This document shows, one piece after another, positions 1-9,433 of a stretch of 24,000 nt of DNA; within the stretch, counting starts at the first letter, position 1; each line of letters opens with the position of its first letter. The notes beneath the pieces were generated by a model. It was given only the letters and a program-made list of their open reading frames with translations, did no database searches and had not been told where the DNA came from. The position numbers and the translations under genes were made by a program. Source of the DNA: Pelomonas sp. V22 (GTDB taxonomy: Bacteria > Pseudomonadota > Gammaproteobacteria > Burkholderiales > Burkholderiaceae_C); contig NZ_JAGIXS010000002.1 in assembly GCF_030014915.1 (NCBI RefSeq), positions 438,296 through 462,295 on the forward strand, written 5' to 3'.

Positions 1-426
1 GCCATCGCCAGTGGTGCCTTCGATGCGCTGCAGACCTCGATCAGCATTTGCGACCAGGCCAACCTGCCGGTGCGTCTGCCCGAAGCCGAGCGCCTCGGCC
101 TCGGCGTGATCGCCAAGCGGCCGCTGGCCGGCGCGATCTGGCGCTTTGCCGCCCGCCCCGGTGAGTACGCTGAAGGCCAGTACTGGGACCGCTGGCAGGC
201 GATGGGGCTTGCAAGCCAGCTGGGAGATAGCGATGTGGGTGAGCTCGCGCTGCGCTTCGTGGCCTACCTGCCCGGCGTCAGCTCGAGCATCGTCGGCACC
301 GGCAAGCTCGAGAACTTCAAACGCAACCTGGCCGCCGTTGAAAAAGGCCCACTGCCGCCCGAGCAGCAGCAGCTCTTGCGTCAGGCCTTCCTGCACCAGG
401 AACGGGGCTGGAAGGGCCTGATCTAG
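1..426 (+). CDS. aldo/keto reductase family oxidoreductase, C-terminal part (5' end lies outside the window)
   Basis: Frame 1 is open from base 1, and the track's M at 70 is an internal GTG. The tail ...GVIAKRPLAGAIW...LRFVAYLPGVSSSIVGTGKLENFKRNLAAVEKGPLP looks like the C-terminal third of AKR proteins. TAG stop at 424-426. Confidence 0.75.
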   Translation, partial: AIASGAFDALQTSISICDQANLPVRLPEAERLGLGVIAKRPLAGAIWRFAARPGEYAEGQYWDRWQAMGLASQLGDSDVGELALRFVAYLPGVSSSIVGTGKLENFKRNLAAVEKGPLPPEQQQLLRQAFLHQERGWKGLI

Positions 427-436
427 GCGGACTGAC

Positions 437-1450
437 TCAGGCCTGCGAAGGCACGATGAGGATCTTGCCCTGGCGCTCGCCCGAGGCTGCAGCAGCCACG
501 GCTTCCTTGATCTGCTCGACGCCATAGGTCGCCTGGATCGGCGTGCTCAGCTTGCCGGCGGCAATCAGGCCGGCCAGTTCCGTCAGCAGCGCGAACTGCT
601 GGGCTTGCGGCGTGGTGCGGAACCAGCGCGCCAGCCAGAAGCCCTTCAGGGTGACATCACGGAACACCAGCTCGCGCGGCGACACGGTGCAGGCTTCACC
701 ACTCAAGGCGCCGTAGTTGACGACGACCGCGCTCTCCGCGAGCGTGCCGGCCAGGCGCATCGTCGCCTTGCCACCCACGGCATCGATGCCGAGCTTGATG
801 GGTGCTCCGCCAGTGGCGGCCTTGACGCGCTCGGCGATGTCGTCGCCATCGACCAGCACCACATCGCCGCCCTGCGCCTGCACGCCGGCCACGGCCGATT
901 CGCGGCGGACGATGTTGACCGTCTTCAAGCCCCGCAGCTTGGCCAGTTGCACCACATAGCTGCCCACGCCGGAGTTGGCGCTGTTCTGGATGACCCAGTC
1001 GCCCGGTTGCAGATCGGCGAAGTCGCTGAGCAGCAGCGAGGCGGTCGGCGGGTTCACGGTCAGCATGGCCAGTTGCTTGGGGTCTGCGCCATTGGGCAGC
1101 GGCACCAGACGGGCGGCGGGCGCCACCACATGCGTGGTCCAGGTGCCGGAGCCAGCCGGCAGCAGCACGGTCTGGCCGATGGCCGGGCCTTGGGTGTCCG
1201 GGCCCAGTTCGACGACGCGGCCCACGCCCTCGCTGCCGCCCACGGCGGGCAGCGGCGGCAGGATGCCGTACTGGCCGGTCAGGGTCAGCACGTCGCTGGG
1301 GTTGATGGGCGCGGCCAGCACGGCCACCAGGGCCTGACCTTGGGCCAGCACCGGGCGTTCGAAAGGCACGGCCGCGATCACGGCCTGCGGCACCGGGCCG
1401 CGTTCGTTGTACTGGGCTTTGAGCATCTGGGTCATGGTCGGGTCCTTCAT
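437..1450 (-). CDS. MDR-superfamily NAD(P)H-dependent quinone/2-enoyl reductase (zinc-independent alcohol dehydrogenase-like)
   Basis: 337-aa ORF with a GroES-like N-terminal region (PINPSDVLTLTGQYG) and a Rossmann segment (VIQNSANSGVGSYVVQLAKLRG) typical of quinone oxidoreductase/ETR-like MDR enzymes. An AAGGA Shine-Dalgarno sits 7 nt before the ATG at 1435, so the true start may be 1435 rather than 1450. Confidence 0.85.
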   Translation of the reverse strand: MKDPTMTQMLKAQYNERGPVPQAVIAAVPFERPVLAQGQALVAVLAAPINPSDVLTLTGQYGILPPLPAVGGSEGVGRVVELGPDTQGPAIGQTVLLPAGSGTWTTHVVAPAARLVPLPNGADPKQLAMLTVNPPTASLLLSDFADLQPGDWVIQNSANSGVGSYVVQLAKLRGLKTVNIVRRESAVAGVQAQGGDVVLVDGDDIAERVKAATGGAPIKLGIDAVGGKATMRLAGTLAESAVVVNYGALSGEACTVSPRELVFRDVTLKGFWLARWFRTTPQAQQFALLTELAGLIAAGKLSTPIQATYGVEQIKEAVAAAASGERQGKILIVPSQA

Positions 1451-1575
1451 GCCGGTGTCGGCGTTGACGAGTGCTTGAACTGCGATGTGTGAATGCTAGG
1501 CAAGCTTGTCTCAAGACGGAATCCGTCATATTCGGCAAAATCTTTTGTCCAAATAGCAATGATCGAAGGCCCACG
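1451..1575. promoter_or_regulatory. divergent control region between the MDR reductase and the LysR regulator, with candidate LysR-box-like dyads
   Basis: This intergenic stretch is AT-enriched relative to its flanks. It contains GAAT-N7-ATTC (1519-1533), CAAAA-TC-TTTTG (1536-1547) and CAAGCTTG (about 1501-1508). LysR regulators usually bind dyads in the divergent promoter. No specific site is proven. Confidence 0.3.
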
Positions 1576-2487
1576 ATGGACAAGCTGCGCGCCCTTCAAT
1601 ACCTGGTCAAAGTGGCCGACACCCTGAGTTTTTCGCGGGCGGCGCGAGCCTTCGGCGTGCCGGCCTCGTCGATCTCGCGGCGCATCACCGACCTGGAGTC
1701 GGTGCTCGGCATCGAGCTCCTTCACCGCACCACGCGCACCGTGCGCCTGACCGAGGCCGGCGCGCTTTACCTGGAGCAGGTGCGGCCGGGCCTCGCGCAG
1801 CTGGACGATGCCGACGAGCTGGTGGGCCAGCGCAGCAGCACCCCGAGCGGCACCCTGCGCATCAGCGCCATGCCCGGCTACGGCCAACGGCTCCTGATGC
1901 CCGCACTGCAGGACTTCGGCGAACGCTATCCCGAGATCGTGCTGGACGTGCACCTGAGCGACGCCCTGGTGGAATTGGGCCGCGACCAGATCGATATCGC
2001 GATTCGCGGCGGCCGCCAGCCGCAGGACCGCGTGGTGGCACGCAAGCTGGACCCCAACCGCTTCGTGCTCGCCGCCTCACCGCAATACCTCGAGAAGGCC
2101 GGCACGCCGCGCACGCTGGAGGACCTGGAAGGCCATCGCACCCTGATGTACCGAGGCCCGAACGCGGTCATCAAGTGGCAGGGTCTGGACGAGGACGGCT
2201 GGCGCGAGATCCCGGTCACGCCGGCCTTCATCAGCAACGACGGTGCGAGCCTGATCGCCATGGCCTGCCGGCACCAGGGCCTGGTGCTGCTGTCGGAATG
2301 GGGGCTGGCCGACTATTTCAAGCGGGGCGAGCTGCTGCCGTTGACGCTGGACCGGCCGGTGTCGGTCGGCCGCGGCGGCGAGGCGGGCATCTACCTGCTC
2401 TACCTGCAAACGCGCTACCGCATTCCCAAGGTGCGCGTGGCGGTGGAATTCCTGGTCGAACGCCTGGGTGACGGCTCAGCGGCTTGA
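1576..2487 (+). CDS. LysR-family transcriptional regulator
   Basis: N-terminal w[57 protein letters not shown], followed by a LysR substrate-binding domain. ATG at 1576 is preceded by GAAGG 6 nt upstream. The longer track ORF from 1471 adds a non-homologous extension. Confidence 0.9.
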   Translation: MDKLRALQYLVKVADTLSFSRAARAFGVPASSISRRITDLESVLGIELLHRTTRTVRLTEAGALYLEQVRPGLAQLDDADELVGQRSSTPSGTLRISAMPGYGQRLLMPALQDFGERYPEIVLDVHLSDALVELGRDQIDIAIRGGRQPQDRVVARKLDPNRFVLAASPQYLEKAGTPRTLEDLEGHRTLMYRGPNAVIKWQGLDEDGWREIPVTPAFISNDGASLIAMACRHQGLVLLSEWGLADYFKRGELLPLTLDRPVSVGRGGEAGIYLLYLQTRYRIPKVRVAVEFLVERLGDGSAA

Positions 2488-2545
2488 GCCCCTGCCTTCG
2501 TGTAACCTCGCGCGCACCCGGCCGCCAGGCCAGCAAGGAGCCGCG

Positions 2546-3013
2546 ATGAAGCTGAACGTGAACGGACGCGAGCACCAGCTCGACGTCGAGCCTGAGATGC
2601 CCTTGCTGTGGGTGCTCCGTGACGAGCTGAAGATCACTGGCCCCAAGTACGGCTGCGGCATCGGCTTCTGCGGCGCCTGCACGGTGCACATCGACGGGTC
2701 GCCGGTGCGCTCCTGCTCGATGCCGGTCGGCGCCGTAGCCGGCCCTGTCGTCACCATCGAAGGCCTCGGTCAGCCCGAGGCCCTGCACGCGGTGCAACAG
2801 GCCTGGATCCAGCACCAGGTGGCCCAATGCGGCTATTGCCAGTCGGGCCAGATGATGACGGCGGCCGCCTTTCTCGCGCAGGCCGGCGGCCTGCCCACCG
2901 CCGCCGAGATCGATGCGGCGATGAGCGCCAACCTCTGCCGCTGCGGCACCTACCCGCGCATCCGGGAGGCGGTGCAGACCGCCGCCAAGCTCTTGAACGG
3001 AGGCGCGAAATGA
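2546..3013 (+). CDS. (2Fe-2S)-binding small subunit of an IorAB/aldehyde-oxidase-type molybdenum hydroxylase
   Basis: [10 protein letters not shown]... carries both cluster motifs: CGIGFCGAC, and CGYCQSGQ with CRCGTY. AGGAG Shine-Dalgarno lies upstream of the ATG at 2546. The stop overlaps the next start as ATGA at 3010-3013. Confidence 0.9.
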   Translation: MKLNVNGREHQLDVEPEMPLLWVLRDELKITGPKYGCGIGFCGACTVHIDGSPVRSCSMPVGAVAGPVVTIEGLGQPEALHAVQQAWIQHQVAQCGYCQSGQMMTAAAFLAQAGGLPTAAEIDAAMSANLCRCGTYPRIREAVQTAAKLLNGGAK

Positions 3014-5250
3014 GCCGCCTCCGCACCATCGCCCGCCGCAGCTTCCTGATCGGCTCGGCCGCCATTGCCGGCGGCGTCGTGTTCGGCGTCTACCAGGTCC
3101 GCAAGACGCCGGCCAATCCGTTGAAGGACGGGCTCGCGCCCGGCGCCGCAGCCCTCAATCCCTGGGTCCGCATCGACAAGAACGGCATCACCTTGATCAC
3201 GCCGCAAACCGACCTCGGCCAGGGCGCCTATTCGGTCCAGGCCTTGCTGATCGCCGAAGAGCTGGACCTCGACTTCGGGCAGTTCCGTACCGAGCCAGGC
3301 CCACCGGCTGCGGCCTACTACAACCGCGCATTGGGCAGCGAGCAAGTGCCCTTCCTGTCCTACGACAAGGGCATGGCAGCCGAGGCCCTGCGCGGCGCCA
3401 TGGGCGGCCTGTTCAAGCTGATGGGCTTGATGGTCACGGGCGGTTCGTCGACCGTGCCCGACGGCTTCGACAAGCTGCGCGAGGCCGGCGCCATCGCTCG
3501 CGAGACGCTCAAGCTGGCGGCCTCCGGCAAGACCGGCGTGGCGGTGGCACAGCTGAAGACGGCCGGCGGCGCCGTGCTGCTGCCGGATGGCCAATCGATC
3601 AAATACACCGAATTGGCTGAGATGGCTGCCACGCTGGAGCCGGTCACGGCCGTGACGCTGCGCGAGCCCTCGCAGTGGCGCCTGATCGGCAAGCCGCAGC
3701 AGCGCCTGGACATCGTGGCCAAGTCCACCGGCACACAGGCCTATGGCATCGATGTGGCTATGCCGGGCATGGTGCATGCGGCCGTCAAGGTGAACCCGCG
3801 CCAGGGGGGCAAGCTGGTCCGCTTTGACGCGAGCAAGGCCAAAGCCATGCGCGGCGTGAAGCAGATCGTCCCCGTCACCAATGGCGTGGCCGTGATTGCC
3901 GACAACAGCTGGCGCGCCTTCCAGGCCATCAAGCAGATCGCTTGCGAATGGGGCCCGGCCCCCTACCCGGCCGAGATGGCCGGCCATTGGTCGGCCATCG
4001 CTGCGAGCTTCACAGCCGAGCGGCTCGACAAGGAATGGCGACACGACGGCAAGGTCGACCAGGCGCTGGCTGAAGGCCCGGTCATCGAGGCCGAATACAA
4101 AGTGCCCTATGTGGCGCACCAGCCGCTGGAGCCGCTGAACGCCGTCGTCAAGGTTGGCGCGGATGGCGTGGATGTGTGGGTCGCCCACCAGATGCCGCGC
4201 TTCGCGCAGGAGAAGGTCGCGGCCATCACCGGCCACAAGCCCGAGCAGGTGCGCCTGCACCAGCAATCGGCGGGCGGCAGCTTCGGCCACCGGCTGGAGT
4301 TCGAGAACGTCACGCTGTGCGCCGAGATCGCCAAGCAGTTGCCAGGCGTGCCAGTCAAGCTGACCTACTCGCGCGAGGAAGACTTCGCCCACGACTTCCC
4401 GCGCCAGATCGGCATGGCGCGCGGCAAGGGCCGGGTCAAGAATGGCCAGGTCGATGCGTACGACCTGCAGGTCGCCACCGTCAGCGCCTCGGCCTCGCAG
4501 GCCGGGCGGCTGGGCCAGCCCCAGCCCGGCCCCGACCTGCAAATCGCCGCCGGTGCCTGGAACCAGCCTTTCGCCATTCCCAACTTCCGCATGCGCGCCT
4601 ACAAGGTGCCGGAGCTGGCACCGACCAGCTCCTGGCGATCGGTGGGCGCCTCTTCGCAGGGCTTCTTCGCCAACGCCTTTCTCGAGGAACTGATCCACGC
4701 CGCTGGCGCCGACCCGCTGAAAGAGCGGCTGCGGCTTTGCAATCACGAGGTCTCGCGCAAGGTGCTGGAGGCCGTGGGCCAGATGTCCCACTGGGGCACG
4801 CCACTGGGCCCCAACCGGGGTCGCGGCCTGGCCTTCGTGGAAAGCTTCGGCGTGCCGGTGGCCGAGGTCGTCGAGGTCACGAAGATGGACAAGGGCATCC
4901 GCATCGACAAGGTCTTCGTCGCGCTGGACGTGGGTCGCGTGGTCGACCCGGTGAACTTCGACAACCAGGTCAAGGGTGCCGTGGTCTGGGCTCTCGGGCA
5001 CGCGATGAACTGCGAGATCACCTATGCCGACGGCATGGCCCAGCAGACCAACTTCCCGCAGCACCCCGGCATGCGGCTGGACCAGTGCCCGGAGATCGTC
5101 GTGCGAGCACTGGAGAACGCGCCCCAGGTGCGCGGCGTCGGCGAACCGCCGGTGCCGCCGGCCGCGCCGGCCCTGGCCGCTGCCATCTTTGCCGCCACCG
5201 GCAAGCGGTTGCGCGAGATGCCGTTCAGCAAGTTCGTGGACTTCGTTTGA
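3010..5250 (+). CDS. molybdopterin-binding large subunit (IorB / xanthine dehydrogenase family) with a twin-arginine signal
   Basis: About 746 aa. The N-terminus [22 protein letters not shown] matches the Tat consensus (RRxFL). The body resembles the aldehyde oxidase/xanthine dehydrogenase a/b hammerhead and Moco-binding domains (e.g. [30 protein letters not shown]). GGAGG Shine-Dalgarno 6 nt upstream, with ATGA coupling to the small subunit. Confidence 0.9.
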   Translation: MSRLRTIARRSFLIGSAAIAGGVVFGVYQVRKTPANPLKDGLAPGAAALNPWVRIDKNGITLITPQTDLGQGAYSVQALLIAEELDLDFGQFRTEPGPPAAAYYNRALGSEQVPFLSYDKGMAAEALRGAMGGLFKLMGLMVTGGSSTVPDGFDKLREAGAIARETLKLAASGKTGVAVAQLKTAGGAVLLPDGQSIKYTELAEMAATLEPVTAVTLREPSQWRLIGKPQQRLDIVAKSTGTQAYGIDVAMPGMVHAAVKVNPRQGGKLVRFDASKAKAMRGVKQIVPVTNGVAVIADNSWRAFQAIKQIACEWGPAPYPAEMAGHWSAIAASFTAERLDKEWRHDGKVDQALAEGPVIEAEYKVPYVAHQPLEPLNAVVKVGADGVDVWVAHQMPRFAQEKVAAITGHKPEQVRLHQQSAGGSFGHRLEFENVTLCAEIAKQLPGVPVKLTYSREEDFAHDFPRQIGMARGKGRVKNGQVDAYDLQVATVSASASQAGRLGQPQPGPDLQIAAGAWNQPFAIPNFRMRAYKVPELAPTSSWRSVGASSQGFFANAFLEELIHAAGADPLKERLRLCNHEVSRKVLEAVGQMSHWGTPLGPNRGRGLAFVESFGVPVAEVVEVTKMDKGIRIDKVFVALDVGRVVDPVNFDNQVKGAVVWALGHAMNCEITYADGMAQQTNFPQHPGMRLDQCPEIVVRALENAPQVRGVGEPPVPPAAPALAAAIFAATGKRLREMPFSKFVDFV

Positions 5251-5261
5251 GGCAAGCACTG

Positions 5262-6377
5262 ATGCTTTCTTCCCTGCATCGCGCTGCGGCGCTGATCGCC
5301 ACCACCCTGCTATGCCTCTCGGCAGCCAGCGCCGCAGACGATGCCGTAGAAACTGCCAACGCGAAGGCGGTTCAGGCTGTGCAGCAGGCCATGAAGGAGC
5401 GGCGCATCCCGGGCCTGCAGATCGCCGTGGTCAAGCACGGTCGACTGCTGTTGTCCGGCGCCTACGGCCTTGCCAATGTCGAGAACCAGGTGCCGGCGTC
5501 CAGCCGCACGCTGTTCCCGCTGAACTCGGCGACCAAGCCCTTCACCGGCGTCGCCATGATGCAGTTGGCCGAGGCCGGTCTGGTCGACCTGGGCGCGCCG
5601 ATCTCGCGCTACCTCGACGACCTGCCCGAGGCCTGGCGCAGGATCCGCGTGCGCCAGCTGCTCGCCCACACTTCGGGCCTGCCCGACATCGTGGACCCGC
5701 GCGGCCTGATCGGCGGCGCCACCGAAATCGAGGCCTGGAAGCAGGTGAAGGCGCTGCCGGTGGCAGCGCCCGCCGGCGAACGCTTCTCGTACAACCAGAC
5801 CAACTACGGCCTGCTGGCCCAGATCGTCACCAAGCTGACCCGGATGCCTTTCGAGCAGTACCTGGCCCGCGAGCAGTTCAAGCCGGCTGCCATGAATGTG
5901 ACGATGTTTGGCGACAGCTACGACCTGGTGCCGAACGCGGCAACGATCTACAGCGTTTTCCCGCGCGGGTCCCTGGCGCCCGATGACGCCACGCGGATGT
6001 CCCGCTGGCATTACGAGATTCCCTACGGCCTGTGGTCGGGCGGCGGCCTGCAGACCACGGCCGAGGAGGTCGCGCGCTGGATCATCGCCCTCAGCGAGGG
6101 CCGCCTGCTCAAGCCTGCCAGCCTCAAGGCCATGTGGACACCCGAGAAGCTGAACAACGGCACCGACGGGGCCTGGGGAGCCGGCTGGCCAGTGCTGCAG
6201 ACCTCGCCCCAGCTTCAGGTGGCGGGCATAGGCGGTGCCCGCGCCGCCTTCTTCGTCTACCCCGACGAGCAGCTCGCCATCATCGTGCTGACCAATCTCG
6301 CGGGCGCCAACCCGCAGAGCTTCATCCCGCAGATCGCGGCGTTCTACAAGAACCTGCCGGCCGCTGCCGGCCGCTGA
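5262..6377 (+). CDS. secreted serine hydrolase, beta-lactamase/PBP4-like (class C-related) family
   Basis: Signal peptide MLSSLHRAAALIATTLLCLSAASA. SxxK active-site motif as SATK in LFPLNSATKPFTG, with a downstream FSYNQTNYGLL (Y-x-N region). The ATG at 5262 is in frame with the long track ORF 4176..6377, whose upstream part is an Arg/Gly/Pro-rich high-GC artefact overlapping iorB. Confidence 0.85.
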   Translation: MLSSLHRAAALIATTLLCLSAASAADDAVETANAKAVQAVQQAMKERRIPGLQIAVVKHGRLLLSGAYGLANVENQVPASSRTLFPLNSATKPFTGVAMMQLAEAGLVDLGAPISRYLDDLPEAWRRIRVRQLLAHTSGLPDIVDPRGLIGGATEIEAWKQVKALPVAAPAGERFSYNQTNYGLLAQIVTKLTRMPFEQYLAREQFKPAAMNVTMFGDSYDLVPNAATIYSVFPRGSLAPDDATRMSRWHYEIPYGLWSGGGLQTTAEEVARWIIALSEGRLLKPASLKAMWTPEKLNNGTDGAWGAGWPVLQTSPQLQVAGIGGARAAFFVYPDEQLAIIVLTNLAGANPQSFIPQIAAFYKNLPAAAGR

Positions 6378-6437
6378 GGCCGCCGCCGCACGCGACAGCC
6401 CCACGGGCAAGCCAATACCCCTGCGCGCCGATTGGAC

Positions 6438-6473
6438 TTGCTGAATTTTCAGTAATTACTGAAAATTCAGCAA
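6438..6473. promoter_or_regulatory. perfect 36-bp AT-rich palindrome (18-bp arms, no spacer): candidate operator/promoter of the regulator-cydAB operon
   Basis: TTGCTGAATTTTCAGTAA|TTACTGAAAATTCAGCAA is exactly self-complementary (checked base by base). It lies 62 nt upstream of the regulator start. TTGCTG-17 nt-GAAAAT within it resembles a sigma70 -35/-10 pair, and by symmetry the same reading exists on the other strand. Confidence 0.6.
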
Positions 6474-6534
6474 AGTCTTGAGCCGGATCAACCGCCGTGG
6501 GCGGTCGCCGGTACAGGGCCGAGCTGGAGTTCCC

Positions 6535-7101
6535 ATGGAATCGCTGAGCCCCCTGGTCCGCAGCTTCGTCGCGCATTTCGGCGAGATGGGCAGCCGCTGG
6601 GGCATCAACCGCACGGTGGGGCAGATCTATGCCCTGATCTTCGTCACCCCGCGCCCGCTCAACGCGGACGAGCTGGCCGAGGCGCTGGAGTTCAGCCGCT
6701 CCAACGTCAGCATGGGCCTGAAGGAATTGCAGGCCTGGCGACTGGTGCGACTCAAGCACCTGCCGGGCGACCGGCGCGAATACTTCGAGGCCCCCGGCGA
6801 TGCCTGGGAGATCTTCCGCACGCTGGCCGAGGAGCGCCGCCGCCGCGAGATCGAGCCCACGCTCTCCATGCTGCGCAACGCCCTGCTTGAAACGCCGGCC
6901 GGCCCCGATGAGCGCTACGCCCAGGAGCGCATGCGCGGCATGCACGACCTGATCGAGCTGATGACGAGCTGGTTCGACGACGTGCAGCGCATGGATTCGC
7001 AGACGCTCGGCCAACTGATGAAGATGGGTTCCAAGGTGCAGAAGCTGCTGGAATTCACCGGCCGCATTCCCAAAGCGGCCAAGCCTGACAGGGAGTCCTG
7101 A
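6535..7101 (+). CDS. GbsR/MarR-type winged-helix transcriptional regulator
   Basis: MESLSPLVRSFVAHFGEMGSRWGINRTVGQIYALIFVTPRPLNADELAEALEFSRSNVSMGLKELQAWRLV matches the GbsR-like (COG1510) HTH pattern. GGAG lies 5 nt before the ATG at 6535. The stop is 2 nt before the cydA start. Confidence 0.85.
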   Translation: MESLSPLVRSFVAHFGEMGSRWGINRTVGQIYALIFVTPRPLNADELAEALEFSRSNVSMGLKELQAWRLVRLKHLPGDRREYFEAPGDAWEIFRTLAEERRRREIEPTLSMLRNALLETPAGPDERYAQERMRGMHDLIELMTSWFDDVQRMDSQTLGQLMKMGSKVQKLLEFTGRIPKAAKPDRES

Positions 7102-7103
7102 GC

Positions 7104-8441
7104 ATGGAAGCCCTCGACGCTCTCGTGCTGGCGCGCCTGCAGTTCGCGGCCAACATCTCCTTCCACATCCTCTTCCCCACGATCAACATCGCCCTCGCCT
7201 GGGTGCTGATGTTCTTCCGCTGGCGCTGGCTCAAGACCGGCAGCGACACCTGGCTCACGGCCTACCGCTTCTGGACCAAGGTCTTCGCGCTCTCATTCGC
7301 CCTCGGCGTGGTCAGCGGCATCACCATGAGCTTCCAGTTCGGCACCAACTGGCCGGGCTTCATGGAGAAGGCCGGCAACATCGCCGGGCCGCTGCTTGGT
7401 TACGAGGTGCTGACCGCCTTCTTCCTCGAGGCCAGCTTCCTCGGCATCATGCTGTTCGGCCATGGCCGGGTCGGCGAGCGCGTGCATCTGGCCGCCACCT
7501 TCCTGGTGGCCTTCGGCACCACGCTGTCGGCCTTCTGGATCCTGAGCCTCAACTCCTGGATGCAGACGCCGCAGGGCTTCGAGATCATCAACGGCGAGTT
7601 CCATGCGCTCAGCTGGTGGGACGTGATCTTCAACCCCTCCTTCCCCTACAGGCTCTCGCACAAGCTGCTGGCTTCGGGCCTCACCGTGGCATTCATCCTC
7701 GCGGGCGTGAGCAGCTGGCAATTGCTGAAGGGCAAGGCCCAGCCCTGGACCGCCGCCGTGCTGCGCGTGGGCCTGACGCTGGGCGCCGTGCTGATCCCCT
7801 TGCAGATCTGGGTCGGCGACATGCACGGCCTCAACACGCTCAAGCACCAGCCCGCCAAGATCGCCGCAATGGAAGGCGTGTGGCAGACCGAGCGCGGTGC
7901 GCCGCTGCTGCTGTTCGCCTGGCCGGACGAGAAGACGCGCAGCAACCATCTGGAAGTTCCCGTCCCCAAACTCGCCAGCCTGATCCTCACGCACGAGGCG
8001 GACGGCGAGATCCGCGGCCTCGATGAATTCAAGGGCGCCCATCCGCCGGTCAGGCCGCTGTTCTTCGGCTTCCGCGTGATGGTGGGCACAGGTCTCCTGA
8101 TGCTGGCCTTCAGCTGGGCGGGCCTGTGGCTCTACCGGCGCAAGCAGTGGCAGTCGCAAGACCTGCCGCGCTGGCTGCTGCGGGGCCTCGCGCTGATGAG
8201 CTTCTCGGGCTGGCTGGCCACGCTGGCCGGCTGGTACGTGACCGAGATCGGCCGGCAGCCTTTCATCGTCTACGGCCTCTTGCGCACCGCCGACGTGGCC
8301 TCCACCACGCCGGCGCCGAGCATCGCGCTGTCGCTGGCCGGCTACCTCGTCCTCTACCTGGGCCTGATCGTGGCCTACATCTCCGTGATCAAGTACATGG
8401 CCGAAAAGCCGCTCGATGCCACCGCCGGGAGCCAGCCATGA
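7104..8441 (+). CDS. cydA: cytochrome bd-type ubiquinol oxidase subunit I, short Q-loop (cyanide-insensitive oxidase-like)
   Basis: 445 aa. N-terminal LARLQFAANISFHILFPT (heme-ligand His region) and the conserved GWYVTEIGRQPF motif are present. The length is well below the roughly 520 aa of long-Q-loop CydA, as in CioA-type enzymes. Confidence 0.95.
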   Translation: MEALDALVLARLQFAANISFHILFPTINIALAWVLMFFRWRWLKTGSDTWLTAYRFWTKVFALSFALGVVSGITMSFQFGTNWPGFMEKAGNIAGPLLGYEVLTAFFLEASFLGIMLFGHGRVGERVHLAATFLVAFGTTLSAFWILSLNSWMQTPQGFEIINGEFHALSWWDVIFNPSFPYRLSHKLLASGLTVAFILAGVSSWQLLKGKAQPWTAAVLRVGLTLGAVLIPLQIWVGDMHGLNTLKHQPAKIAAMEGVWQTERGAPLLLFAWPDEKTRSNHLEVPVPKLASLILTHEADGEIRGLDEFKGAHPPVRPLFFGFRVMVGTGLLMLAFSWAGLWLYRRKQWQSQDLPRWLLRGLALMSFSGWLATLAGWYVTEIGRQPFIVYGLLRTADVASTTPAPSIALSLAGYLVLYLGLIVAYISVIKYMAEKPLDATAGSQP

Positions 8442-9433
8442 ACGCGAACGACTGGATGCCCCTGGTCTTCATGGGACTGATGGGCCTGGCCCTGCTGGTC
8501 TACGTGATCCTGGACGGCTATGACCTCGGCGTGGGCCTCCTGATGGCCGGCGCGAGCAGCGAGCACAAGGACCGCATGGTCGCCTCCATCGGCCCGTTCT
8601 GGGACGCCAACGAGACCTGGCTGGTGCTGGGCGTGGGCATCCTGCTGGTGGCCTTTCCCAAAGCCCATGGCCTGATCATCGGCGCGCTCTACGGGCCGGT
8701 GGCGGTGATGCTGATCGGCCTCACATTGCGCGGGGTGGCCTTCGATTTCCGCGTCAAGGCACAGACCGCCTGGAAGCCGCTGTGGAACCGCGCCTTCATC
8801 GTCGGCTCGCTGATGGCCTCGCTGGCGCAAGGCTGGATGCTGGCGCGCTACATCACGGCCTTCGAGACCGGCCCTGCCTACACCGCCTTTGCCGCCGTGA
8901 TCGCCCTGGCCCTGGCTGCCGCCTATGTGCTCTTGGGCGCCGGGTGGCTGATCATGAAGACCGACGGCGACTTGCAGGCGCTGGCGGTCAAGCGCGCCAA
9001 GAAGGCCTGGCCGGCCGTGGTGCTGGGCCTCGCCCTCGTGTCGCTGGCCACGCCGCTGGTAAGCCCCACGGTGTCGGCGCGCTGGTTCAGCATGCCGGCC
9101 CTGATCGCCCTGCTGCCCATCCCCTTGTGCACCGGCCTCGCCCTGCTGGCCCTGCGTGCCCTGCTCAACTCGCACCGCGTGCTGGGCAAGCTCTGCTGGC
9201 TGCCGTTCGCGCTGATGGTGCTGGTCATGCTGCTCGGTTCGCTCGGACTGGCCTACAGCCTCTACCCCTATGTGCTGATCGACCGCATGACGGTCTGGCA
9301 GGCAGCTGCGGCGCCCAAGTCGCTGGCCTTCATCCTCTGGGGCTGTGCGATCGCGGTGCCGGCCATTGCTGCCTACACGGTGTTTGCGTACCGCGTGTTC
9401 TGGGGCAAGGCCGGGGAGCTGCGTTATGCCTGA
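8438..9433 (+). CDS. cydB: cytochrome bd-type ubiquinol oxidase subunit II
   Basis: MNANDWMPLVFMGLMGLALLVYVILDGYDLGVG... is a typical CydB N-terminus. About 331 aa and polytopic. ATGA overlap with cydA at 8438-8441, with GGGAG Shine-Dalgarno 6 nt upstream. Confidence 0.95.
   Translation: MNANDWMPLVFMGLMGLALLVYVILDGYDLGVGLLMAGASSEHKDRMVASIGPFWDANETWLVLGVGILLVAFPKAHGLIIGALYGPVAVMLIGLTLRGVAFDFRVKAQTAWKPLWNRAFIVGSLMASLAQGWMLARYITAFETGPAYTAFAAVIALALAAAYVLLGAGWLIMKTDGDLQALAVKRAKKAWPAVVLGLALVSLATPLVSPTVSARWFSMPALIALLPIPLCTGLALLALRALLNSHRVLGKLCWLPFALMVLVMLLGSLGLAYSLYPYVLIDRMTVWQAAAAPKSLAFILWGCAIAVPAIAAYTVFAYRVFWGKAGELRYA

Noticed and set aside
2546-5250. Missing cytochrome c third subunit of the molybdenum hydroxylase, as an anomaly.
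   Set aside because: The founding IorAB enzyme is itself a two-subunit protein, so a two-gene arrangement is normal for this family. Only the Tat and hydrolase context was kept, as a low-interest finding.
2950-5259. Very long antisense or alternative-frame ORFs: 769 aa opposite iorB (coordinates shown), plus 846 aa at 14844-17384 opposite the TBDT, 738 aa at 18728-20944 opposite glk-hexR, 534 aa at 12842-14446 opposite the halogenase-like gene, and 451 aa at 11456-12811 opposite the amylase.
   Set aside because: Their translations are Arg/Gly/Ala/Pro/His-rich low-complexity strings with no recognisable motifs. This is the usual stop-codon-poor artefact of high-GC DNA. The opposite-strand ORFs carry clear family signatures.
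4176-5261. A 362-aa N-terminal extension of the serine hydrolase ORF, overlapping iorB in another frame.
   Set aside because: The extension is Arg/Pro/Gly-rich nonsense. A proper signal peptide and Shine-Dalgarno begin at the ATG at 5262, just after the iorB stop.
5262-6377. Beta-lactamase-fold protein as an antibiotic resistance determinant.
   Set aside because: Only the generic SxxK/Y-x-N serine-hydrolase signature is visible. This large family is mostly esterases, amidases and PBP-like enzymes. Nothing in the sequence supports a specific resistance call.
6438-6473. The palindrome as an FNR/ANR box or as an intrinsic terminator of the hydrolase gene.
   Set aside because: The sequence does not match TTGAT-N4-ATCAA. 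The hairpin is AT-rich, lacks a following U-tract and lies 60 nt past the stop codon. An operator/promoter role fits better, though a dual role is not excluded.
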